A DNA stretch of 64,000 nucleotides from Bdellovibrio sp. (GCA_036677065.1 JAKFBS010000011.1:160001-224000), one strand, 5' to 3'; shown: positions 29,988 through 40,993, numbered from the stretch's first letter. Numbers and translations are program-made. The notes: generated from the sequence alone by a model not told the origin.

Positions 29988-31811
29988 TTAGTCTTTGTTA
30001 GATTTTGCTTGTTTAGGGCGTTTGTGTGGATCTAATTCTTTTAAACGTAAACGAATCGATTTTGGAGTTACTTCGATAAGTTCTGTTTCTTTGATCCATT
30101 CCATACCAAATTCTAAAGTCATTGGTTTAACTGGAGTAACACGAATTGCTTCGTCTGAACCAGAGGCACGAACGTTCGACATTCTTTTTGCTTCTTGAAT
30201 GTTAACGATCATATCGTTGTCTTTAGCATTTTCGCCCACGATCATACCTTCATAAACAAGGTCGCCGTCATTCACGAACATTCTGCCACGCTCTTGCTTA
30301 TTCCAGATCGAGTAAGCATTTGCTTCACCTTGACGATCTGAAACCATCGCACCATTGATACGAGAGTTGATGTCACCACGGTACTCATCGTAACCGTCGA
30401 AGTTTGTATTTAATAAACCAGTACCACGAGTATCAGTTAAGAACTCAGAACGGTAACCGATTAAACCACGTGAAGGAATACGGAATTCTAAACGAGTACG
30501 GCCTGTACCTTTTTGAACCATGTTCGTCATAACACCTTTACGCATACCTAACTTCTCAGTTACGGCACCTACGTACGGATCTTCGATATCAATAACTGCG
30601 TGTTCAAATGGCTCTAACTTTTTGCCGTCGACAACTTTAAAAACTACTTGTGGCTTAGACACTAATAATTCGAAACCTTCACGACGCATTTGTTCAATCA
30701 AAACACCAAGCTGTAATTCGCCACGGCCAATAACTTTAAATGCATCAGTTGCATTTGTTTTTTCTACGCGGATTGAAACGTTATAAAGTAATTCTTTTTC
30801 AAGACGTTCTAAAATTTTACGAGACGTTACTTGTTTACCTTCTTGACCCGCAAACGGACCATTATTAACCGAGAAGATCATACCAACCGTTGGCTCATCA
30901 ACTTTGATACGTGGAAGTGGACGTGGATCTGTAGCTGAAGTAATAGTATCACCGATCGTGAAATCTTCGATACCCGCGATAATCGCCATGTCGCCCGCGC
31001 CAATTTCTTGAACCGGAACCTGAGAATTTACTACATATTGGAAAAGCGCAGATACTTTTACTTTTTTCTGAGCATTTTCTTGAATACACATAATTTCGTC
31101 GCCAACTTTAACAGTACCTGCACGCATACGGCCCATCGCTAAACGACCAACGTAATCATTGTAACCAATGTTAGAAACCATTAATTGCAATGGCTCATTT
31201 TCTTTAATTGTCGGAGGAGGTACTAAATTAACGATTGCATCATAAAGTACTTTTAAGTTTCCAGTGTTAACAGCTGGATCAAGTGTTGCCATACCATCAC
31301 GCGCGATTGCGTAGATTGTCGGGAAATCACATTGTTCTTCGTTAGCTTCAACGTCGATAAATAGATCGAATAATTCGTTGTGCACTTCTTGGATACGAGC
31401 ATCTGAACGATCGATTTTATTGATAACAACGATAATTTTAATGTTTTGTTCTAAAGCTTTTTTCAATACGAAGCGAGTTTGCGGAAGTGGACCTTCTGAA
31501 GCATCGCAAAGTAAGATCGCGCCATCAACCATGTTAAGTACGCGTTCAACTTCTCCGCCGAAGTCACTATGTCCCGGTGTATCGACGATATTAATTTTAT
31601 AATCTTCGTAAACGAAAGAAGCATTCTTCGCCGCGATCGTGATTCCGCGTTCTTTTTCAAGATCCATCGAATCCATCAAACGTTCTTCAACAGCTTGGTT
31701 TTCACGGAACGTTCCGGCTTGTTTGATTAAGTGATCTACTAGAGTTGTCTTCCCGTGATCGACGTGCGCAATGATAGCGATATTTCTAATTTTCTTTGGA
31801 TCTTGAATCAT
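29988..31811 (-). CDS. typA: Translational GTPase TypA/BipA
   Basis: IAHVDHGKTT, ERGITI, DTPGHSDFGGEVER, GRGELQL, EVTPKSIRLR. Confidence 0.98.
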   Translation of the reverse strand: MIQDPKKIRNIAIIAHVDHGKTTLVDHLIKQAGTFRENQAVEERLMDSMDLEKERGITIAAKNASFVYEDYKINIVDTPGHSDFGGEVERVLNMVDGAILLCDASEGPLPQTRFVLKKALEQNIKIIVVINKIDRSDARIQEVHNELFDLFIDVEANEEQCDFPTIYAIARDGMATLDPAVNTGNLKVLYDAIVNLVPPPTIKENEPLQLMVSNIGYNDYVGRLAMGRMRAGTVKVGDEIMCIQENAQKKVKVSALFQYVVNSQVPVQEIGAGDMAIIAGIEDFTIGDTITSATDPRPLPRIKVDEPTVGMIFSVNNGPFAGQEGKQVTSRKILERLEKELLYNVSIRVEKTNATDAFKVIGRGELQLGVLIEQMRREGFELLVSKPQVVFKVVDGKKLEPFEHAVIDIEDPYVGAVTEKLGMRKGVMTNMVQKGTGRTRLEFRIPSRGLIGYRSEFLTDTRGTGLLNTNFDGYDEYRGDINSRINGAMVSDRQGEANAYSIWNKQERGRMFVNDGDLVYEGMIVGENAKDNDMIVNIQEAKRMSNVRASGSDEAIRVTPVKPMTLEFGMEWIKETELIEVTPKSIRLRLKELDPHKRPKQAKSNKD

Positions 31812-31871
31812 GTTTTTCTCTTTCGTTGTTATAAAATAAAATTAAAATCGAGCTCTATGCTTAACTCTTTA

Positions 31872-32918
31872 TTAACCATGACCACCCATAAGGAAAGCCT
31901 CATGAGATGTGTCTTCTTGCTCGAAGTCTGAAATTGACTGAAAAAAGCCTAATGCGCAAGTCAGAACTTCGTCATTGCTCTTCAACTGGAAAATGTCTTT
32001 TCTGAATTGAGCCGCGCCTGGATATCCCGTAGAAAACCAAGAAGCGAACTTTTTGAGCTGGATGTTTATAATATGCTCTGAACAGTGTGCTTGTAAAGCC
32101 ACATGCAGGTCCTGAAAAATTCCATGGTAATTTCGTTTAAGGTCCGAACGCATGGGCTCATTCTTCCATAAGCTTAAGGCATCAGCAAAAATTAGTGGAT
32201 TTTTTAAAGCGCCACGGCCAATAAGTACGCCATCGCAACCTGTTTCTTTTAAACGTTTTACAGCGGCTTGCGGAGTTAAAATATCACCATTACCTAATAA
32301 AGGAATTTTTGTTTTCGCTTTTAGATCAGCGATAAAATCCCAATCAGCTAAACCAGAATAACCTTGAGCCCGAGTACGCCCATGAACAGCCACCCAAGTG
32401 ATGCCTTCATCATAAGCTAAATTACAAACATCTAAAGCATTACGTTGAGATTGCTCCCAACCAGTACGAATTTTAATAGTAACCGGAATTTTTACGGCCT
32501 TAACACACGAACTTAAAACCTTTTGCATGACGACAAGGTCTTTCATCATGGCGCTGCCTGCACCTTTTTTTACGACTTTTGGTACTGGACAACCAAAATT
32601 AAGATCAACAAAATCAGCTCCTAAAGATTCAGCAACTTGTGCACCTTTAGCGATAGTTTCTGCGTCTTCGCCAAAGAGCTGAATCCCAATAGGACGTTGG
32701 CTTTCATCGTAACTCATCAGCTGCATAGTTCTTTCTGACTTGTATTCGATGCCGGTTGCTGAAACCAGCTCAGTGACAACGACGCTTGCGTCTAGTTTTT
32801 TCATAAAACTGCGGAAGGCATGATCAGTAATTCCCGCCATTGGAGCCAACACAAATGGGTTTTGCTTTAGAGCGTCTAAAGGACTGATTCTATTAGGATT
32901 ATTGAAAGATGCTGACAT
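31872..32918 (-). CDS. dusB: tRNA dihydrouridine synthase DusB
   Basis: LAPMAGITD, DLNFGCP, VTIKIRTGW, VHGRTR, GNGDI. Confidence 0.92.
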   Translation of the reverse strand: MSASFNNPNRISPLDALKQNPFVLAPMAGITDHAFRSFMKKLDASVVVTELVSATGIEYKSERTMQLMSYDESQRPIGIQLFGEDAETIAKGAQVAESLGADFVDLNFGCPVPKVVKKGAGSAMMKDLVVMQKVLSSCVKAVKIPVTIKIRTGWEQSQRNALDVCNLAYDEGITWVAVHGRTRAQGYSGLADWDFIADLKAKTKIPLLGNGDILTPQAAVKRLKETGCDGVLIGRGALKNPLIFADALSLWKNEPMRSDLKRNYHGIFQDLHVALQAHCSEHIINIQLKKFASWFSTGYPGAAQFRKDIFQLKSNDEVLTCALGFFQSISDFEQEDTSHEAFLMGGHG

Positions 32919-33001
32919 GCGGTTTGTTTATGTCAAAGTTCAGATTTTCCGTCAACAAATTGCTAATATTCAGAATCCTTGGTAATATTTCCAATTCGCC
33001 G

Positions 33002-36000
33002 ATGGAAAACCTCGGGAACTGGAGTTTCGTGAATAACGACGTAAACAACGATATAACGGCTATAAAAAAACCTTACTATCACTGGTTAGAGCGAGCTCAA
33101 TTAGGCCAGCTTGATTTTGCGGTTATTCAATTGCCGCAATTTTTAAACGAACAATACTTAACTACAATTGCTGATCAAGTTTCAGCTTTAGGTTTAGATT
33201 TATACCCGCTTCCTAAAGTACGCACTTACGAATCTTTTGATACCCGCAGCTACAGTATGATTTCAGATTTATTGCGCGGTAAAAACTTTAGTTTTAATCG
33301 CAATACGTACCAAGAATTAACTGATGTGGTTTCTTTTTATTTAAAAAATGAAACTAAATTATCTTTAGAACAAATTGGCAATTATGATTTAGGCACGGCA
33401 CTTCCACGCGAATTAAATCCTATTTTAATTGAAAAACAATTTGCTTTTCAAACCGCTAAAGAGCGTTTACGTCTTAGAAATTTTATGAAGTTTTTGGGGC
33501 GTTTTGAAACGCAACAAAACGAATACATGATCGGTTATGTTCTGCTAGAAATGATCGATAATTTATTTGTCTTACGCCAAAAATTTCCTGAATTTAAAGT
33601 TTATCTTGCTTTAGATGTGGCTGGCATTAAATACGGTTTAGAAATTTCAGAACTGCATGTGCAAAAACCCATGTTTGGCGAATATTTTATTAAACCTATT
33701 GAAGAAAAAAATATTCCTTACTTAGGCGGCGCGGCCTTAACGCAAGATCGCACAGCTTCTGGCGAAAAATATGAATTACATCTTCACCCGACAACCGTAA
33801 ATGTAAAAACCGGTTTAATGTCGGCCGTGCCGCTTGAAAAAGCTGGCCGCAGTAATGATATAGCGTTTAGTCACATTGGCCCTGATTATGAAAAAGTCGG
33901 CGCCGATCGCATTTATAAAAATCACTCTAGCATCGCGGCTATTAAGGGTTTTTTAAACCAGCATAAAATTCATTTTGCATTTTCACAAAATCCACTTGTT
34001 ATTAAACCAGAAAAATACGGCATTAATTTGCAACATTTTATGGAGCCGGGTTTTGAAAGTGTTTTTTATTCGATGTGGACTGAATTTACCTTTCAAGACG
34101 ATATTTACCGCGTGCATAACTATCAGTTAACGACTGAATTATTATTGCAAACGGCTCTTAATGGTATTGCCTGGTTATCTGAATCTGAACGTAAAGATTT
34201 AGCCTCACAGCGAAAAGGTTTAAAACGCGATAATGATTTACGCGTTTTAAAACATCAGGGTGTCGCCTGTTTAATGATTATTGAAACTTGCCGCCACGTT
34301 TTAAATCGCCCGTTAACAACAGGGCAATTTAATTTAAATGATGAAAAGTTTTTAGAAATTCTAGAAAATAATATTTTTGATCTATTCAAACGTTCAATTC
34401 TTGTGGATAAGTTTGGGGAAATGAACCCATACGACCGTAATCTGGGCGCATTTTTATCGGACAAAGTTTATGCTTTCTTTAGATTCGCCTTAAATGAAAT
34501 TTTAAAAATTGTACGAGTGCAATCGCGCTATATCGTTTTAAAAAATCAAATTCTTGAACTAACAGATTATGATAAATTCACTGCTGAATCCTTACTAGTT
34601 GCCCTTGAGCCATTGATGTTAGAATCAAAAGGCGAAATCTTTACTAAATCGACAACTAAATATTTAGAATTAATTGCTGAATCGTTAAAAACCAGCGAAG
34701 CCTTCGAACCAGTTTACACGGGCTTTAATTTACAAAGTGAATTAGCTAACCAGTACATCCGTAAAATAAAAATTTCTGATGAAACCCTGCCGCTAGTGTA
34801 CAATAAAATGTCTGATCTAGCCGGCCAAGGCTGGGAAGTTTATATCAATTCTAAATCTTTAGAAAAATTGGGTGAAGATGATTTTAGGTCTGAGATCACT
34901 GTTAATAATTCTAAAACGGATTGGTTTGAATTAAGCCCTAGATTGTTTTTCAAAGGTGTCGAAGTTAGCCTTGAAGATGTGAACTTTTCTGGAAAAGGCA
35001 CGCAAACTTTAAGCGGTATCATGTTTTACAAAGGCCGACCGTTTTTAATTGATCCGAATTCTATTCCAAAATTTGCAGCTTTAGAAAAATTTTGGGAAAG
35101 AATTAAAAACGATGAAGTCAATAAAGGTGCACGCGGCGAAAAAGAATTCGTCAGAGTTCCTAAGTCACAAATTTTAGAATTATTAGCTTTAGCTGAATCG
35201 GGAACAAACATTGTATCAGATCACCCCTACTGGAATGAAATTCATACATTCTATAAAAATCTAGGCAAAGCTGAAACTAAATTAAATCTATCAGAACATT
35301 TACAAGGTATTCTTAAAGAACATCAGCTTGTTGGAACACAATGGATTCACGACCTTTATAAATTAAATTTAGGCGGAATTTTAGCCGATGACATGGGTCT
35401 TGGTAAAACATTACAGGTGCTGGCATTTTTAGATGAACATCGCAAAACTAATAAGACATGGTCTTTAGTTGTTGTGCCGACATCATTATGTTTTAACTGG
35501 GAGTCAGAAACCAAAAAATTTACGCCTGACTTACAAGTCGAAATTTTTAGCGGCTCTAAAAAACAAGAATTATTAAAACAAGCCAATAATGAACACAAAG
35601 TGATTATTGCAACGTATGGTTTATTAACTGAACATGAAGACTTTTTCTCGCAAGTTTTATGGGATGTCGTTATTTTTGATGAAGCACAGAATTTAAAAAA
35701 TCTTTCATCTAAAAGAACTTCATCATCTCGCTTATTAAAGGCTAAATTTAAATTAGCCCTATCAGGTACTCCGCTTGAAAATAATTTTTTAGATTTCTTT
35801 TCATTATCAGATTTGGTTTTACCCGGCTCAATGGGAAGCTATAAATCTTTTCAAGAAAGTTTTGGTCCCGGAAAGACCATTGATACGCAAGATGTGCAAT
35901 TTCTGAAATTAAAAATGCGACCGATAGTATTGCGTCGTACAAAAGATTCAGTGAATTTAAATCTTCCGAAAAAATTAGAAGAATCCATTCGTTTTGATTT

Positions 36001-36715
36001 CAGCGAAAGACAAATTGAAATTTATAAAAATTTGGCGATTTCGCACAACGATCAGGTTAGCCAGCTGATTCAGGAAAAAGGGCAAACTTCGTCACAACTG
36101 GCGATGTTAACGGCGTTACTGCGTTTGCGTCAGGCTTGCTCTGACCCGAGCGGTATTCCGCAGGTGAAATTCACCGAAAGCCCACCAAAGATTGCGCACA
36201 TTTTAGAATGCGTGAAAGAACATCTTGAAGAAGGTAAGAGCGTTTTAATTTTTACCCAGTTTTTGGCTACCTTAGATAAAATTTCAGGATTATTTACGGC
36301 TGATAAAATTCCTTTTTATACGCTCCACGGAAGTGTCGCTAACAAAGCTCGTCGTGAAATTCTAGAATCATTTCAAAATTCAGAAACACCACAAGTTTTA
36401 CTCATGACTTTAAAAACTGGTGGCGTGGGTCTTAATTTAACGAAAGCTTCAGTCGTTTATCATATTGAACCTTGGTGGAATCCTGCAGTTGAAAATCAAG
36501 CCACCGATCGTTCACATCGCTTAGGTCAAAAAAATGATGTGCAAGTTTATAGGCTTTTGATGAAAGATTCTGTTGAAGAAAAAATTGAGTTGTTGAAATT
36601 GAAGAAAAAATCTTACTTTGATGCTCTATTTTCAGACTCAGAATCATTAGATAAAGTCTTAAACGGCAGCGGCCAATTAAGTGCAGAAGACTTTAAATTC
36701 TTACTGGGAATGTAG
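33002..36715 (+). CDS. SNF2-family helicase/ATPase
   Basis: LADDMGLGKT, DEAQ, SGTPLEN, GGVGLNLT, WWNPAVENQATDRSHRLGQ; start moved to ATG 33002 to avoid overlap with dusB (start uncertain). Confidence 0.92.
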   Translation: MENLGNWSFVNNDVNNDITAIKKPYYHWLERAQLGQLDFAVIQLPQFLNEQYLTTIADQVSALGLDLYPLPKVRTYESFDTRSYSMISDLLRGKNFSFNRNTYQELTDVVSFYLKNETKLSLEQIGNYDLGTALPRELNPILIEKQFAFQTAKERLRLRNFMKFLGRFETQQNEYMIGYVLLEMIDNLFVLRQKFPEFKVYLALDVAGIKYGLEISELHVQKPMFGEYFIKPIEEKNIPYLGGAALTQDRTASGEKYELHLHPTTVNVKTGLMSAVPLEKAGRSNDIAFSHIGPDYEKVGADRIYKNHSSIAAIKGFLNQHKIHFAFSQNPLVIKPEKYGINLQHFMEPGFESVFYSMWTEFTFQDDIYRVHNYQLTTELLLQTALNGIAWLSESERKDLASQRKGLKRDNDLRVLKHQGVACLMIIETCRHVLNRPLTTGQFNLNDEKFLEILENNIFDLFKRSILVDKFGEMNPYDRNLGAFLSDKVYAFFRFALNEILKIVRVQSRYIVLKNQILELTDYDKFTAESLLVALEPLMLESKGEIFTKSTTKYLELIAESLKTSEAFEPVYTGFNLQSELANQYIRKIKISDETLPLVYNKMSDLAGQGWEVYINSKSLEKLGEDDFRSEITVNNSKTDWFELSPRLFFKGVEVSLEDVNFSGKGTQTLSGIMFYKGRPFLIDPNSIPKFAALEKFWERIKNDEVNKGARGEKEFVRVPKSQILELLALAESGTNIVSDHPYWNEIHTFYKNLGKAETKLNLSEHLQGILKEHQLVGTQWIHDLYKLNLGGILADDMGLGKTLQVLAFLDEHRKTNKTWSLVVVPTSLCFNWESETKKFTPDLQVEIFSGSKKQELLKQANNEHKVIIATYGLLTEHEDFFSQVLWDVVIFDEAQNLKNLSSKRTSSSRLLKAKFKLALSGTPLENNFLDFFSLSDLVLPGSMGSYKSFQESFGPGKTIDTQDVQFLKLKMRPIVLRRTKDSVNLNLPKKLEESIRFDFSERQIEIYKNLAISHNDQVSQLIQEKGQTSSQLAMLTALLRLRQACSDPSGIPQVKFTESPPKIAHILECVKEHLEEGKSVLIFTQFLATLDKISGLFTADKIPFYTLHGSVANKARREILESFQNSETPQVLLMTLKTGGVGLNLTKASVVYHIEPWWNPAVENQATDRSHRLGQKNDVQVYRLLMKDSVEEKIELLKLKKKSYFDALFSDSESLDKVLNGSGQLSAEDFKFLLGM

Positions 36716-36810
36716 CGCTAGCCGATAGTCTGGTAACCCTAGGATTTCGTTGGATATAAATAAAATTTCATCGATTATAGATGAAACAATTTTATTCAAC
36801 GGGGGTTTCT

Positions 36811-37272
36811 ATGTTGAAAGCATTTCTTACTGTATTTTTCTTGGGTTCGGTTTCTATGGCTGCTGGCGACGCAGGTTGCGGTCTTGGTAGCATGATCATC
36901 ACTAAAAATTCTAAACTTATGCAATTATTCGCAGCTACTACAAATGCTTCTTTTGGTTCGCAAACTTTTGGTATCACTTTTGGTACTTCTAACTGTTCTG
37001 CTAGTGGTATCGTACAAAATGACAAACAAATTCAATATTTCGTAGAAGTTAACCAAGCTGAATTAACTCGTGAGATGGCTCAAGGCCATGGCGAAAAATT
37101 ATCAACTTTAGCTGCTTTAAACGGTTGCGCTTCTGATTCACAAATCAATTCGTTCAGCGCAAAAGCACAATCTAGCTTCAGCTCTATCGTGCCTTCTGCT
37201 AAAACGTCTGCAGTTGACTTTGTTAACAACATGAAGTCTGCTTCAGTAGCAGATGCATGCCACGGTTCTTAA
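36811..37272 (+). CDS. DUF3015-family exported protein
   Basis: GGGG RBS, signal peptide, AGCGLGS..ATTN..QTFGITFGTSNC..EMAQGHGE pattern. Confidence 0.8.
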   Translation: MLKAFLTVFFLGSVSMAAGDAGCGLGSMIITKNSKLMQLFAATTNASFGSQTFGITFGTSNCSASGIVQNDKQIQYFVEVNQAELTREMAQGHGEKLSTLAALNGCASDSQINSFSAKAQSSFSSIVPSAKTSAVDFVNNMKSASVADACHGS

Positions 37273-39133
37273 TTTAGTTATATTTTTATTTCTAATAGTG
37301 AAAGCCCCACTTGTTTGGGGCTTTTCTATTTCTGACAAAGCGTCCCGCTTACAAAAATACTTAAATACAGCTCGCCAAGAAAAATTATGGACTGATCCTC
37401 AGTGGCTAGCTTTAGGCCATTACGAAAATAAATACTTTTCCTATAGCTCGCCCTTTACTCAAGGCTTTTTTCTTGATGCCGATGGCGCAAATTCACCAGA
37501 AAAAGAATTACTTAAAACTATTGAGTTACTTTATGGCGACAATGATCAGCGCCTGCAATGCCGTTATTTAGCGCGGGCCCAATGGTTAAATGCGCTCTTA
37601 AAAACTGATGCACAAGATAGATTACCCTGCGAAGAGCGACAACTCTGGAAAAAACAACTTAACGTCAAAGGTGTTTCTTTAATTTTTGCCGCCAGTGACA
37701 TGGGTAATGCTTCATCAAGTTTTGGCCATACTTTTTTAAAAATCGTAAACCCTGAAAATGCGCAGAACAAAGATTTAATTGATTACGGAATCAACTATGC
37801 GGCCAATGCCGATGCCAGCGAAGGCGTATTTTATGCGCTTAAAGGTTTATTTGGCATGTACGATGGCCAATTTACTATGCTTCCGTATCATCAAAAGATT
37901 CGCGAATACATTAATCTAGAAGGCCGTGATATCTGGGAATATTATTTTAACTTCACACCTGAAGAAACTGATTTTTTAGTGAATCACCTGATCGAAATGG
38001 AAAATGCACGCGCTCCATATTATTTTTTTAGTGATAACTGCTCATATCAGATTTTAAAAACATTAGAAGTAGTGCGCCCTGATTTAAAACTTTCACAAGA
38101 GTTTCGCTATTTTACTATTCCGATCGATACCGTCAAAAAATTAACTGGCTTACCTACTCCGGTTTTTGTTGCACGTAAGTATAAAAAATCACTTAAAACG
38201 GATTACCTTGAATCATTTGCAAAACTTGGCGTATTACAAAAAAAAGCGCTTGATATCGCTGTCGTTGATTTAAATATACCTGATGATTATGAACTTTTAA
38301 AATTAGAAAAGGCGCAAGTCTATGAAACCGCGATGAAATATTATTCATTGCGCGCATTTACGTCGGACAAAGATTACGACAATGAAAAATACCAACTGTT
38401 TTTAAAAAGAGCTTCAATGGGTATGGTTGCTGGGGCTGATTATGTTTCTAACCCAGAGCCTCCTGAAGATAGCCATGATTCATCAGCACTATATTTTGGT
38501 ATGGGACAAAGTGATTTCAAAAATGAAACGTTAACCTATACCAGTTTAAAATTCAGACATGCCTTACATGATTTAGAACAGCAAGATTTTGGAACAGTAA
38601 CCTTTAGTCAGAATGAAATGGCTTCTATCGAAGCTCGTTATCTAAATACTGACGAAGAAGCTAAAAATTTTCGTATTTATAAATTTACGGCTTTAAATTT
38701 AGTGAACTTAAATCCCGTTACCCAGCTAGATAAAAATTTTTCGTGGAAATTTCGTGCCGAACTTGTGAATAACATGGAAACCTTCACTGATGATGCCTTT
38801 ACCGGTGATATTGAAGCCTCGGGTGGATATAGCTATGATTTAGCGTTATTTGAACGCACGCGTATAGCTTATTTAATGACCGCGAGACACTGGGATAAAT
38901 CCATTAACAGCATCGGGCCTGAAATTTTATTGGTTAGCCGTCTATTGCCAAACTTGGGCTTTTCTTTAGATTTAACTTATTTTGGACAAAACAAAAGATC
39001 TGATTTTTTGCGCTATAAAAGTAAAGTGAATTACACATTCAGAAAAAACTTTGATATCCAGTTCGCCACCGAAAATGGCATCAACAAAGAAACCCATCAG
39101 CAATTGCAATTGGTGTGGAATTTTATTTTATAA
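37253..39133 (+). CDS. DUF4105 (Lnb N-terminal-like) domain protein with probable C-terminal beta-barrel
   Basis: SSSFGHTFLK, EGRDIWEY, YYFFSDNCSY; adjacent to DUF3015 gene; start uncertain. Confidence 0.8.
   Translation: MHATVLNLVIFLFLIVKAPLVWGFSISDKASRLQKYLNTARQEKLWTDPQWLALGHYENKYFSYSSPFTQGFFLDADGANSPEKELLKTIELLYGDNDQRLQCRYLARAQWLNALLKTDAQDRLPCEERQLWKKQLNVKGVSLIFAASDMGNASSSFGHTFLKIVNPENAQNKDLIDYGINYAANADASEGVFYALKGLFGMYDGQFTMLPYHQKIREYINLEGRDIWEYYFNFTPEETDFLVNHLIEMENARAPYYFFSDNCSYQILKTLEVVRPDLKLSQEFRYFTIPIDTVKKLTGLPTPVFVARKYKKSLKTDYLESFAKLGVLQKKALDIAVVDLNIPDDYELLKLEKAQVYETAMKYYSLRAFTSDKDYDNEKYQLFLKRASMGMVAGADYVSNPEPPEDSHDSSALYFGMGQSDFKNETLTYTSLKFRHALHDLEQQDFGTVTFSQNEMASIEARYLNTDEEAKNFRIYKFTALNLVNLNPVTQLDKNFSWKFRAELVNNMETFTDDAFTGDIEASGGYSYDLALFERTRIAYLMTARHWDKSINSIGPEILLVSRLLPNLGFSLDLTYFGQNKRSDFLRYKSKVNYTFRKNFDIQFATENGINKETHQQLQLVWNFIL
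37301..37325 (+). terminator. Terminator-like hairpin after the DUF3015 gene
   Basis: AAAGCCCCA-CTTGTT-TGGGGCTTTT. Confidence 0.7.
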
Positions 39134-39736
39134 CTATTCTAACCACGTCAGGCGGTTTTCAGTCTGACGTGGCGGTTTAGGTGGCGTGTGATCTGGGTAT
39201 CCAATCACAATGCCACAAAGAAGTTCTAATTCACCCGCCTGATATTCGGGTAATTCTGTTACTCCTAAAAATTTGTCGACTTCGTGCTTGATCTCAAGTG
39301 GAGCACCCATCGTGCAACAACCTAAGCCTTCAATCTGACAGGCTAGGTTAATATTTTGCACAGCCATATAGACGCTACCGATGCTAGTGTAATGACGTTC
39401 TTCTGGCGAATTGTTCGAATAACAAAAAACCAGAACTGGTGCGTTACCTAAGGTGAAAAAAAATCTTTCAGTAAAATCGTATAAAGAAGGTTTTAATTTT
39501 TTTTGTAAAATATCTTTAATGCCTAACCAAGATTTTTGCGAATATTTTAAATATTCGTCACGCTTTTTACCCTGCACGATAAAAAATCTCCAGTTTTGAC
39601 GGTTCTTACCTGATGGGGCATGAAAAGCCGCTTCATTAAATATTCTTTCTAAGACCTGCTTAGGCACGGGATCACTTTTATATTGGCGAATAGATTTACG
39701 ACTTTGGACGAGTTCGTAGAATTCTTGTGACGTCAT
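39134..39736 (-). CDS. Nitroreductase family protein
   Basis: SRKSIRQY, APSGKNRQNWRF, AVQNINL..GLGCC, IGYP. Confidence 0.92.
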   Translation of the reverse strand: MTSQEFYELVQSRKSIRQYKSDPVPKQVLERIFNEAAFHAPSGKNRQNWRFFIVQGKKRDEYLKYSQKSWLGIKDILQKKLKPSLYDFTERFFFTLGNAPVLVFCYSNNSPEERHYTSIGSVYMAVQNINLACQIEGLGCCTMGAPLEIKHEVDKFLGVTELPEYQAGELELLCGIVIGYPDHTPPKPPRQTENRLTWLE

Positions 39737-39772
39737 TTGACCCCCTTAGGCTTATAGAACAAAATAATAGCT

Positions 39773-40246
39773 ATGAATCAGGCCGTTGAAAATGAAAAAT
39801 CTATCTCAATACCCCTATTAATTGGGGCTTTGGTTATTTCGCTGATTTTTGCCGTTGGCTCGTCTATGACTTCTGTCAGAAGAATCTTTGATTCTAATAC
39901 CGAAGAGCGTAAGATTTTGGCCAAAGTTTTTACCGAATACAACGGTAAGGCTTTTGTGATCTTTAAAATTAAGACCAATGCCGGCGTCGAGATCGAAATT
40001 TACGAAAAAGACTTAGCTACTAATAATCAGCAGTTTAAACAGCGCTTTCCGTTAAGTGATGATGTTGAAGCCTATTTAATGGTGAATAACAATTCGATGA
40101 ATTTAGGCTTAGTCGATGTTAATAACGATGGCCAAATGGATGTGATCGCCCCGACCGTAGACAAAAATGGCAATTCGCGATTAAATGTTTTTCAGTTCAA
40201 CAGCGATTTAAATTCGTTTGTTCCATATGCTGAAGGTCAGAACTAA
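39773..40246 (+). CDS. Membrane-anchored hypothetical protein with an FG-GAP-like Ca-binding motif
   Basis: N-terminal TM; DVNNDGQMDVI. Confidence 0.7.
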   Translation: MNQAVENEKSISIPLLIGALVISLIFAVGSSMTSVRRIFDSNTEERKILAKVFTEYNGKAFVIFKIKTNAGVEIEIYEKDLATNNQQFKQRFPLSDDVEAYLMVNNNSMNLGLVDVNNDGQMDVIAPTVDKNGNSRLNVFQFNSDLNSFVPYAEGQN

Positions 40247-40993
40247 TTATTTATTTTTTAAAATGAAGCGATAGGTTTTTGTGCGGCGCCCAGTTTTTTC
40301 ATAATAATTACCCGCCAGATAACCATTATCTAATTTATAAAGCTGAAAATGATGCCCATCAGGGCTTCCAATCACCAAGCCATCACGCCCAATAAGTTGA
40401 GCACTGAATTCGTCATAGAACTCATGAGTTGTTGGTGGCTGTCCTGGCTTTGCAATCTGATACTTTCCAATAATCTTTGAATTTGTATCAGACGCAGCTT
40501 TTAAATTGATTTTTAATCCGAACAGCACTTCGTTACGGTTATTCACAACCGAACCTTCATAAGAGCCCCAAAACTTTGCATAATCTATGGCCGTTACTGA
40601 TGCAGATATAGCGTTCAAATTTTTTAGACGAAAGCGCAGCTGACGTAAAAGATCGATAACCTCTTGTGATGAACGGGCACCGGCTAATTTTTTTTCATTG
40701 GCGATTACAGTTTGATCGACATTTTCTTTTAGTTTATCGCGCTCAACAATAGCTTCATCCGTGACTTCGTTTTCTTGCATCGACTCTATAGATTCAATTG
40801 GGGCCGATGTTGTCACGGTTGCGGACACCGTAACTCTAGCGGCTGTTACTTCAAGTTGTATGGGTTTAGCTAGAGCTTCTTCAGAAACTGTCTTATCTGC
40901 GCTTACTTCTGTTATCGAAACAGCCTGCGAGCGTTTGTGATACGCAAAGTAGGCTATTCCAAGAACGAATACGGCTATAAGTAGCTTATTCAT
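40247..40993 (-). CDS. Hypothetical membrane-anchored protein
   Basis: N-terminal TM, beta-rich C-terminus; start overlaps mltG stop. Confidence 0.7.
   Translation of the reverse strand: MNKLLIAVFVLGIAYFAYHKRSQAVSITEVSADKTVSEEALAKPIQLEVTAARVTVSATVTTSAPIESIESMQENEVTDEAIVERDKLKENVDQTVIANEKKLAGARSSQEVIDLLRQLRFRLKNLNAISASVTAIDYAKFWGSYEGSVVNNRNEVLFGLKINLKAASDTNSKIIGKYQIAKPGQPPTTHEFYDEFSAQLIGRDGLVIGSPDGHHFQLYKLDNGYLAGNYYEKTGRRTKTYRFILKNK

Noticed and set aside
32909..33001. Head-to-head overlap of dusB and SNF2 ORFs
   Set aside because: Probably an artefact of longest-ORF start choice; downstream ATGs remove it
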